DNA of 43,160 nucleotides from a virus (Duplodnaviria; Heunggongvirae; Uroviricota; Caudoviricetes): IMG/VR virus record IMGVR_UViG_3300014682_000024, positions 1 to 43,160 of that record; one strand, 5' to 3'. Shown piece by piece: positions 36,525 to 43,160 of this stretch (position 1 is its first letter; each line of letters starts with the position of its first letter). The notes under the pieces were generated by a model. It saw only the letters and a program-made list of their open reading frames with translations, ran no database searches and was not told where the DNA came from. The position numbers and the translations under genes were made by a program.

Positions 36525-37190
36525 TCATACAAAACCAGCCGCTTTCCGGCGTTCATACTCCTGTTTCAGCAACTCAATTGGTGTTGGCCCCGACGGGCGT
36601 TTTGGTGCTGCCAGTTGCCGCCGTACGGGCGGAACGCTGAAGCCGTCACCAACATGCTTTGCCCATTTCGCCAGTTGCCGTTCTGCAAGTCGTTTTAACT
36701 CCCCTTCGGTCATCTGACGCTCAATCCCCTTATCACGCATCTCGAGGCAAATGTGATACAGCACAGGCTGAGTCCATGGGTATTTATCGCTTCCGTCGTA
36801 TCGCCAGGACTCATTGCGCCAGCGCCGGTACTCCTCCATCACGGCATCCACCGTCAGACCGAATGGATTGGCTCCGCTTTCCGAAATCAGCGCCACAAAC
36901 TCAGCCAGGTCCGGAGGCCATGTTTCACCCGCCCGGCAGCGGTTCATGCACTGGCGGCAGACCTGACGGATTTGCTGCTCAGTCATCGCGCCAATCTGTG
37001 CAATCCAGAGCTTCGAAGGTGCGGCCCCGTTCTTCTGAGTCCAGCGGTTCGAATAAACCTCCCCCATGAGCTCCCACAGCTTCCACGCCGTTTCCGTCGC
37101 GGATAAATCCGTTTTCACGTTCCCACTGCTCACGTGCTGCCCGAATTTCCTGAACTGCCCGTGATGCGGTGCCACCTGGTGCTGCTGCAT
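36525..37190 (-). CDS. Replication protein P-like (helicase loader); start uncertain (alternative ATGs at 37067 and 36986)
   Basis: Motifs YPW, L.Y......R, LT..EL.R.A. collinear with lambda P; the longest ORF overlaps O by 212 nt. Confidence 0.6.
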   Translation of the reverse strand: MQQHQVAPHHGQFRKFGQHVSSGNVKTDLSATETAWKLWELMGEVYSNRWTQKNGAAPSKLWIAQIGAMTEQQIRQVCRQCMNRCRAGETWPPDLAEFVALISESGANPFGLTVDAVMEEYRRWRNESWRYDGSDKYPWTQPVLYHICLEMRDKGIERQMTEGELKRLAERQLAKWAKHVGDGFSVPPVRRQLAAPKRPSGPTPIELLKQEYERRKAAGFV

Positions 37191-38094
37191 GGTTCACCCC
37201 CTTGCTGACTGGTTTAACCTGCGCCCTGACGTGATTTACGTGACGGGCGAATTTCTGCTCCCACTGAACCTGCGTGAACACTTTGCCCTCATCGCTCCAG
37301 TAATCCCGGAATGCGGCAAGTTCAGCAGGTGTAAATTCCGACTCCGGCAAAGCCATCCCCCACAACGCAGCCCGTCGTCGAAAATCCCGTGACGGATGCC
37401 AGCTATCGGTCATCGGAAATTTTCCGATGGGCTCGCTCAGGCCATCCAAGAATACAGGGGATGTTGCCTGTAACGACAAAACTTCCTGCTCACTGGTCGG
37501 AGCACTCTCGTGTGCGTTATGTGTGGGGTTTAGATCTTTGGGTTCCTTTGGGTTCCGTGATCCGTTTTTGGGTGTCTTTGATGGAAAATTTGGGTGTCTT
37601 TGATTATTTTCCATGCAGAAAAGAGTTCCGTTTTTGGGGCTGTTTTGTGCTGAAACATAACCGTTTTTGGTACTGTTTTTATTAACAGCACCAATTTTAC
37701 CCACCTTTAAAGACTCCCGTTTTTGGGTGTATTCAGGCTCGGCAACACTTTCTTCTACACCGATAAGTCGGTACACCACGATTTGCTTTGTTCGGCCTTT
37801 TCTCTCACCGGTATCAATAATTAACCCAATCTCCATCAGGTGTCGTAAGCTGTCCTGCACAGTCTTTTTGTTCAGTTCCGTTACTTCTGCCAGTGCAGAT
37901 ACAGACGGGTATGCGCACAAATCGGCACCGCACATATCAGCAAGCCAGGTCAATACTGACTTACTGGATGAACTGCCGGTTTTCACCTTTTTAGCCCATC
38001 GTAGTGCATCGATACTCATACGAACCCCAGACAGATATTTGTTTATCTGCAAAGTAATGTTGGTATTGCTGACGATACGCATGCTTGAAAGCAA
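36979..38094 (-). CDS. Replication initiator O-like (start probably the internal ATG at 38019)
   Basis: HTH/winged-helix N-terminus; iteron-like repeats inside the coding region; position between immunity region and P. Confidence 0.55.
   Translation of the reverse strand: MLSSMRIVSNTNITLQINKYLSGVRMSIDALRWAKKVKTGSSSSKSVLTWLADMCGADLCAYPSVSALAEVTELNKKTVQDSLRHLMEIGLIIDTGERKGRTKQIVVYRLIGVEESVAEPEYTQKRESLKVGKIGAVNKNSTKNGYVSAQNSPKNGTLFCMENNQRHPNFPSKTPKNGSRNPKEPKDLNPTHNAHESAPTSEQEVLSLQATSPVFLDGLSEPIGKFPMTDSWHPSRDFRRRAALWGMALPESEFTPAELAAFRDYWSDEGKVFTQVQWEQKFARHVNHVRAQVKPVSKGVNHAAAPGGTASRAVQEIRAAREQWERENGFIRDGNGVEAVGAHGGGLFEPLDSEERGRTFEALDCTDWRDD
37525..37745. repeat. ori-like iterons inside the O-like gene
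   Basis: At least five copies of (c)cgtttttggg(tgt) / tttgggtgtctttgat within about 220 bp. Confidence 0.5.
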
Positions 38095-38542
38095 TAGCTT
38101 TTTCTATAAGCTCGTCAGTCTCACGTTCCACAACAGCTGGATCCGCAAAAAGCAGCCCGGACTCCACCACATCGCCATATTCTTTGTTTAACCCGGCGAT
38201 CATGTACGTAATGCTTTTTCCGTCAGTAATTTCACAATACAACCTGAAATCGCTGATCCGGATAGCCTCCATAATTGCCGGAATCAGCGCCGTGAATTTT
38301 TCCCGCTTATCCCTGGTGTCGATAGCTTTCCAGCGTTCAAATATTTTCACCCGGTTAACGCCCAGTGCCCGTTGATCAACCGCGCCATCATCAAACGTGA
38401 CGCGTTGAACATCAATGTTCGGGCGTTCTTTCAGAGCCCAGAATGCTTCCGTGATTAATATCGTCGCCTGCTCCTGTGTCATTCCTGGTCGGCATACCCA
38501 AGTATCCAGAGCCTCACAAACCTGTTCAGGGGTGATTTTCAT
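37991..38542 (-). CDS. Hypothetical protein, possibly YdaT-like, between cro-like gene and O
   Basis: Position as in Rac ydaS-ydaT; weak recalled similarity. Confidence 0.35.
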   Translation of the reverse strand: MKITPEQVCEALDTWVCRPGMTQEQATILITEAFWALKERPNIDVQRVTFDDGAVDQRALGVNRVKIFERWKAIDTRDKREKFTALIPAIMEAIRISDFRLYCEITDGKSITYMIAGLNKEYGDVVESGLLFADPAVVERETDELIEKAIAFKHAYRQQYQHYFADKQISVWGSYEYRCTTMG

Positions 38543-38756
38543 TGTTCAACCGCCCCGCCCGCTTTGCCTTACGATATTCGTCATAAACTTTGGGGTCGTA
38601 CTGAAGCTCCCCGCCAGATGCCTCTTGCAGGCGCATCGCGCGACCTTCAGGAACCAGTTCTCCCCATTGAGAAACAGCAGATGGATCAACACCAGCAGCT
38701 TTCGCTACTTTGGCTTTCGTCCCATAAAAATTAATTACGTCTGATTTAAACATCAT
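38526..38756 (-). CDS. dicC: Cro-like regulator, DicC-like
   Basis: C-terminal LVPEGRAMRLQEASGGELQYDPKVYDEYRK.KRAGRLNNENH matches DicC as recalled; divergent from the repressor. Confidence 0.7.
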   Translation of the reverse strand: MMFKSDVINFYGTKAKVAKAAGVDPSAVSQWGELVPEGRAMRLQEASGGELQYDPKVYDEYRKAKRAGRLNNENHP

Positions 38757-38830
38757 CCCTCCAAAGTTGAGTTTTCTCAATGGTAATCACTCAAGGAATC
38801 TCAAGTCAAGGGTTATTAAGATATCTAAAT
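38757..38830. promoter_or_regulatory. Divergent promoter/operator region between the cro-like and repressor genes
   Basis: Palindrome ttgagttttctcaa at 38767-38780; the same 12-13-mer recurs at 39303-39315 and inverted at about 39340-39351. Confidence 0.45.
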
Positions 38831-39238
38831 ATGAACGAGAAAACTTTAGGTCAACGAATTAGAGAAAGACGCAAACAGGTTGGTTTAAGTCAAAACGATT
38901 TAAGCAAAGCTGCTGGCGTATCTGGCTCATCAATTTCACTATGGGAAAGCGACCATACAGCCCCGCGCGGGCAAAATTTGCATCGCCTGGCTGAGGTATT
39001 GCAATGTTCACCAACTTGGATACTGTTTGGTGACGAGGATAAAACACCAGATCCACCAGTTGCACTCAACAGCGCCTTAGACTTATCGGAAGATGAGTTG
39101 GAGATGTTGCGATTGTATCGCGCACTTCCAAAATCAGAGCAGCAAGCACAAATCAGCGAACTCCGTGCCCGCGTTGAGAATTTTAATCGCCTATTCACCG
39201 AGCTACTAGAAGCTCGCAAACGTAACAAACATCAATAA
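38831..39238 (+). CDS. dicA: Prophage repressor, DicA-like HTH (XRE family), no S24 peptidase domain
   Basis: HTH with QR.L and SQWE motifs; LQCSPTWILFGDEDK and C-terminal AR..NF..LF.ELL.AR as in DicA. Confidence 0.8.
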   Translation: MNEKTLGQRIRERRKQVGLSQNDLSKAAGVSGSSISLWESDHTAPRGQNLHRLAEVLQCSPTWILFGDEDKTPDPPVALNSALDLSEDELEMLRLYRALPKSEQQAQISELRARVENFNRLFTELLEARKRNKHQ

Positions 39239-39299
39239 CCCCCCCCTTCACTAATTTTAAAGCCTTACATTTCAATGTATTGGCTTTATTTTGCATTAA

Positions 39300-39355
39300 A
39301 TATTGAGTTTTCTCATCAAAAACACTTGACCAATTTTAATGAGAAAACTAAATTA
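39300..39355 (+). promoter_or_regulatory. PL-like promoter with operator copies: TTGACC - 17 bp - TAAATT
   Basis: Hexamers at 39327-39332 and 39350-39355 flanked by the operator motif. Confidence 0.4.
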
Positions 39356-39431
39356 CCATCCATCAAGACACCGCACGGTGTTCTCAGCAAACAGTTCCGC
39401 TACCCCGGCGTTAAGGGGAAATGAGGTCAAC

Positions 39432-39587
39432 ATGGATACTATCGATCTTGGCAACAACGACTCACTTGTATGCGGCGTGTTTCCCAACCAGGACGGCACG
39501 TTCACCGCGATGACGTATACCAAAAGCAAAACGTTTAAAACCGAAGCTGGCGCGCGTCGCTGGCTGGAAAGAAACTCAGGCGAGTGA
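39432..39587 (+). CDS. ydfA: YdfA-like small protein (51 aa)
   Basis: MDTIDLGNN.SLV.GVFPNQDGTFTAMTYTKSKTFKTE.GARRWLERNSGE; RBS AAGGGGA. Confidence 0.55.
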   Translation: MDTIDLGNNDSLVCGVFPNQDGTFTAMTYTKSKTFKTEAGARRWLERNSGE

Positions 39588-39588
39588 T

Positions 39589-39717
39589 ATGGATTTCGAC
39601 GCAATTATGGAAAAGGCTTACGAAGAATACTTCGAAGGCCTTGCCGAAGGCGAAGAAGCTCTCAGCTTCAGTGAGTTTAAACAGGCGCTTTCCAGTTCGA
39701 CAAAATCTATCGACTAA
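39589..39717 (+). CDS. ydfB: YdfB-like small protein (42 aa)
   Basis: Hand-translated MDFDAIMEKAYEEYFEGLAEGEEALSFSEFKQALSS... Confidence 0.5.
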   Translation: MDFDAIMEKAYEEYFEGLAEGEEALSFSEFKQALSSSTKSID

Positions 39718-39728
39718 CGGGGTTAAAG

Positions 39729-39887
39729 ATGGAATTTAAAGATTTACCTCCAGACACTCAGAAAATCGCCGCAGAAACACTGAAATCTCTCATTTTGAAC
39801 GGGGAGACAGAAAAGGTAGAGCCAGCTAAAAAACTGGCTCAAGAAATCAGAGAAGCCTTTATTGCTCTTTATCAGTCTTCTCCATAG
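39729..39887 (+). CDS. Small protein (52 aa), ydfC-position
   Basis: Hand-translated ORF MEFKDLPPDTQKIAAETLKSL... Confidence 0.4.
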   Translation: MEFKDLPPDTQKIAAETLKSLILNGETEKVEPAKKLAQEIREAFIALYQSSP

Positions 39888-40056
39888 CTGCTTGTTTTTC
39901 TTCTTTCAATATATTGCGAATTGTAATAACTGAATTAGCCGCATCTGAAGGGGATGACATTTTGCCAGCCCGAATTAACTCAACTGTTAAGTTCAAAGCT
40001 GCAACAGATGGATAGGTAAATGGGTTAATTAACTTTTCTGACATTTTATCCTCCAT
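39859..40056 (-). CDS. Hypothetical small protein (65 aa), convergent with the ydfC-like ORF
   Basis: Track ORF; no family recognised. Confidence 0.25.
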   Translation of the reverse strand: MEDKMSEKLINPFTYPSVAALNLTVELIRAGKMSSPSDAANSVITIRNILKEEKQAAMEKTDKEQ

Positions 40057-40084
40057 TGAGGTTCTGGGTTAAAAATGGAGACCA

Positions 40085-40370
40085 ACACGCTGCCACATGT
40101 GGTCGTGCGCCGGACACGGATAAGAATCCGGCACTGACAGTTTACTGAAAGGATATATCCCTGAAAAGTCAGGGCATAACGCGAAAGCGCACGGCGAAGT
40201 TCGTCTCACTGTACGGTGTCGTTAAATTTAATTCGACCGTGCGCTTCCGGTTGTGGCACTCCGCGAAATGGCGCGGCGGTAAGTATGGCGGGGTTATTCT
40301 TTCCCCGTTGAGGACACCGGGTTGTCAGGTTGACCATACGCTTAAGTGACAACCCCGCTGCAACAACCCA
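40085..40370. other. ORF-free GC-rich region with at least six consecutive perfect stem-loops; candidate structured RNA or palindromic element
   Basis: Hairpins at 40109-40132, 40159-40174, 40187-40244 (8-bp outer stem), 40261-40276, 40289-40307 and 40319-40355. Confidence 0.3.
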
Positions 40371-40431
40371 TGTTGATTACCTTTTGGCGGCATCAGTTTC
40401 ATTGCTGGCTGATGTCCGCCCTTTTTAAAGT

Positions 40432-40591
40432 GAATTTTGTGATGCGGTGAATGCGGCTCAGCGCACGCGGAACAGTTAAAAAGGCCAGTTGACTTCCGTA
40501 TTGGTTCTTATGGGTGGGTTCTCTGTATCCGGCGTTAATTGTTAACTGGTTAACGTCACCTGGAGGCACCAGGCACCGCATCACAAAATTC
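40432..40591. repeat. 18-bp perfect inverted repeat pair (gaattttgtgatgcggtg / caccgcatcacaaaattc) flanking 124 bp
   Basis: Read directly; the right arm ends 6 nt before the SD of the ORF at 40610. Confidence 0.6.
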
Positions 40592-40609
40592 ATTGTTGAG
40601 GACGCGATA

Positions 40610-40798
40610 ATGGAAACGTTATTACCAAACGTTAATACGTCTGAAGGTTGTTTTGAAATTGGTGTCAGTATCAGTAACCCTGCATTTACTGAAGATGCCA
40701 TTAATAAGAGAAAACACGAACGGGAGTTATTAAATCAAATATGCATTGTTTCAATGCTGGCCCGTTTACGTCTGATGCAAAAAGGATACTGGCAATGA
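40610..40798 (+). CDS. Small hypothetical protein (62 aa)
   Basis: ATG with SD GAGGA; translationally coupled (ATGA) to the next ORF. Confidence 0.4.
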   Translation: METLLPNVNTSEGCFEIGVSISNPAFTEDAINKRKHERELLNQICIVSMLARLRLMQKGYWQ

Positions 40799-40998
40799 AT
40801 ACCACATTTGCACTTGTTCTGACGGTTTTTCTTGTTTCCGGTGAACCGGTTGACATGGTTACTGGCGTATACGACTCAATGAAAGAATGCATGGCTGCCG
40901 CAGCGGAACAGAAAATTCCCGGTAACTGCTATCCGGTCGATAAAGTTATTCACATGAATAATAACGAAGTCCCGGCAGGATTAAAAACAGCACCGTAA
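40795..40998 (+). CDS. Small protein with N-terminal hydrophobic segment (67 aa)
   Basis: MNTTFALVLTVFLVSGEP... Confidence 0.4.
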   Translation: MNTTFALVLTVFLVSGEPVDMVTGVYDSMKECMAAAAEQKIPGNCYPVDKVIHMNNNEVPAGLKTAP

Positions 40999-41078
40999 TT
41001 AATATCCGGTTTCATTTTTATATGCCAGCAATGGCAGGGATTTGTTCACCCTTAAATCTGTAATGAGGTTAAAACAAA

Positions 41079-43160
41079 ATGAGTAAAGTCTTTATTTGCG
41101 CCGCCATTCCGGACGAACAGGCAATAAAGGAAGAAGGTGCAGTCGCTGTAGCCACTGCCATTGAAGCCGGCGACGAACGCCGCGCCCGTGCCAAATTTAC
41201 CTGGCAATTCCTGGAGCAATATCCGGCTGCTCAGGACTGCGCTTATAAATTTCTTGTCTGCGAGGATAAACCCGGCATGCCCCGCCCTGCCATCGACTCC
41301 TGGGATACCGAATATATGCAGGAAAACCGCTGGGATGAGGAATCCGCTTCCTTTGTTCCGGTCGAACCAGAATCCGATCCGATGAACGTCAATTTTGACA
41401 AGCTGTCCCTTGAAGTGCAGAACGCGGTCCTGGTTAAGTTCGGTACATGTGAAAACATCACCGTTGATATGGCGATTGACGCGCAGGAATTACTGCAGGA
41501 AAACGTGGCTACCTTTGACGGGCATATCGTTGAAGCACTGATGAAAACGCCTGAAATTAACGCTATGTATCCGGAACGCAAACTGTTCGCTATCGGATGG
41601 GTTAAACACAAATGTAATCCGGGTGCCAAATGGCCCGAAATTCAGGCTGAATTACGTAACTGGAAAAAACGGCAGGACGCAGAGCGCAAAGAGACTGGAA
41701 AATGCACGTCTGTTGTTGATCTCGCCCGCGCCAGAGTCAATCAACAGAACACTGAAAACTCAGCAGGAAAAATCAACCCAGTCACTGCCGCCATTCGTCG
41801 CCAATACAAGCAGACATGGAAAACGCTGGATGAAGAACTGGCCTACGCTCTCTGGCCTGGCGATATTGATGCCGGAAACATTGACGGCAGCATCCATCGC
41901 TGGGCAAAAAATGAAGTTATCGACAAAGATCGCGAAGACTGGAAGCGCATCTCCGCATCAATGCGCAAACAGCCTGATGCGATTCGCTACAACCGCCAAA
42001 CTATTTTTGGCCTTGTCCGTGAACGTCCGATCGACATTCACAAAGATCCTGTAGCGCTGAACAAATACATCACTGAATACCTGGCGACAAAGGGCGTGTT
42101 TGAGGATGAAGAAACAGACCAGAGCACTGCTGATATTCTCCAGCCGTCAGCAGCACAAACTGATGCAGTGGAAACTGAAGTATCTGATACCCAAAAAAAT
42201 GAAAGCGCGCTGGAAACTGAACCATCTGTAGAGCGTGAGGGACCGTTCTATTTTCTCTTCACCGATAAAGATGGCGAAAAATATGGCCGCGCAAACAAAC
42301 TTTCTGGTCTGGATAAGGCGCTGGCTGCAGGGGCTACTGAAATCACGAAAGAAGAATATTTTGCCCGCAAAAACGGTACATACTCAGGTTCACAACAAAA
42401 TACTGGTACATCTGACACGATCGCACAACCAGAGCCGGTAAAAGTTACCGCTGACGAAGTAAACAAAATTATGCAGGCAGCCAATATCAGCCAGCCTGAC
42501 GCCGATGAACTGCTTGCAGTATCACGTGGTGAATTTGTTGCAGGGATTAGCGATCCGAATGATCCGAAATGGGTGAAGGGGATTGAAACCCGCGATTCTG
42601 TGAACCAGAACCAGCAAGAAATGGAACAGAACGACCAGAAAGCGGAACAAAACAGCCCAAATACGCAACAAAACGAGCCAGAAACGAAACAATCCGAACC
42701 AGTAGCACAACAGGAACAGGAAAAAGTCTGCACCGCCTGCGGTCAGAGCGGTGGCGGCAACTGCCCTGATTGTGGCGCGGTGATGGGCGACGCAACATAC
42801 CAGGAAACATTCGATGAAGAGAATCAGGTTGAAGTTCAGGAAAATGATCCGGAGGAAATGGAAGGCGCTGAACATCCACACAAGGAGAATGCTGGCAGCG
42901 CTCAGGACCACGCCAGCGATAATGAAACTGGCGAGACGGCAGATCCCTTAATTGTGATGAACAGTCATCACGTTGTCACATCCACCAGCAGAGTGTGGTA
43001 CCACCTGATGATCGATCTTGAAACCATGGGAAAAAATCCTGATGCCCCGATCATCTCAATAGGTGCAATATTTTTCGATCCGCAAACCGGAGATATGGGA
43101 CCGGAATTTAGTAAGACTATCGATCTGGAAACTGCTGGCGGAGTCATTGATCGGGGCACC
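41079..43160 (+). CDS. RecE-like (exodeoxyribonuclease VIII family) protein, 3'-partial; a DEDD-type exonuclease motif begins at the window end
   Basis: Frame open from ATG 41079 (SD GAGG) to the window end with no stop; central motifs LLA.SRGEF..GISDPNDPKWVKGI.TRD and C.ACGQ.GG.NCPDCGAVMGDATYQETFDEE match RecE as recalled; the last 50 aa show HLMIDLETMG...IISIGAI (DnaQ-like Exo I). Confidence 0.55.
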   Translation, partial: MSKVFICAAIPDEQAIKEEGAVAVATAIEAGDERRARAKFTWQFLEQYPAAQDCAYKFLVCEDKPGMPRPAIDSWDTEYMQENRWDEESASFVPVEPESDPMNVNFDKLSLEVQNAVLVKFGTCENITVDMAIDAQELLQENVATFDGHIVEALMKTPEINAMYPERKLFAIGWVKHKCNPGAKWPEIQAELRNWKKRQDAERKETGKCTSVVDLARARVNQQNTENSAGKINPVTAAIRRQYKQTWKTLDEELAYALWPGDIDAGNIDGSIHRWAKNEVIDKDREDWKRISASMRKQPDAIRYNRQTIFGLVRERPIDIHKDPVALNKYITEYLATKGVFEDEETDQSTADILQPSAAQTDAVETEVSDTQKNESALETEPSVEREGPFYFLFTDKDGEKYGRANKLSGLDKALAAGATEITKEEYFARKNGTYSGSQQNTGTSDTIAQPEPVKVTADEVNKIMQAANISQPDADELLAVSRGEFVAGISDPNDPKWVKGIETRDSVNQNQQEMEQNDQKAEQNSPNTQQNEPETKQSEPVAQQEQEKVCTACGQSGGGNCPDCGAVMGDATYQETFDEENQVEVQENDPEEMEGAEHPHKENAGSAQDHASDNETGETADPLIVMNSHHVVTSTSRVWYHLMIDLETMGKNPDAPIISIGAIFFDPQTGDMGPEFSKTIDLETAGGVIDRGT

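Noticed and set aside
40105-40135. Possible REP/BIME-like element (CGGATAAG...CCGGC)
   Set aside because: Only partial resemblance to the REP consensus; not convincing without a search
40085-40370. Retron msr/msd hypothesis for the structured region
   Set aside because: No reverse-transcriptase ORF follows; the downstream ORFs are 62 and 67 aa
40399-40701. 100-aa minus-strand ORF
   Set aside because: Overlaps the inverted-repeat region and the plus-strand small ORF with its RBS; no start context

Overview
The whole window is one lambdoid prophage (or phage genome) segment, almost entirely transcribed on the minus strand, with a mosaic architecture. Reading high to low coordinates: a DicA/DicC-type immunity switch (about 38.5-39.3 kb), O/P-like replication genes with ori-like iterons inside O, a nin-like region of small genes including a hok/mok type I toxin, RusA, a putative Q antiterminator with a late promoter and terminator just downstream, an orphan DNA methyltransferase, two phage tRNAs (Thr-UGU, Gly-UCC), a lysis cassette with an M15-peptidase endolysin, an orphan K88/FaeG-like fimbrial-subunit moron, a lambda-like cos site, a lambda-type packaging and head module (Nu1, A, W, B, C/Nu3, D, E, FI, FII), and then a P2/R-pyocin-type contractile tail module (V, W, J, I, H, tfa, sheath, tube, E/E' with a T TTT TTG slippery site, tape measure, U, X, D) followed by a second lambda Stf/Tfa-like fibre pair and a plus-strand secreted coiled-coil protein. 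The plus-strand early-left operon (DicA-like repressor, ydfA/B/C-like small genes, an ORF-free highly structured region of about 280 bp, two small ORFs) ends in a RecE-like ORF that runs off the window. This ORF is absent from the supplied track because it has no stop in the window, and several genes under 60 aa are also absent. All family assignments rest on by-eye comparison with remembered family signatures and gene order; no database search was run. I found no single obvious new defence system. The most unusual candidates are the orphan FaeG-like moron, the structured ORF-free element, the pair of small acidic proteins in the nin region, the empty cargo slot between the tRNAs and the holin, and the RecE-like protein with a DEDD-type exonuclease motif.
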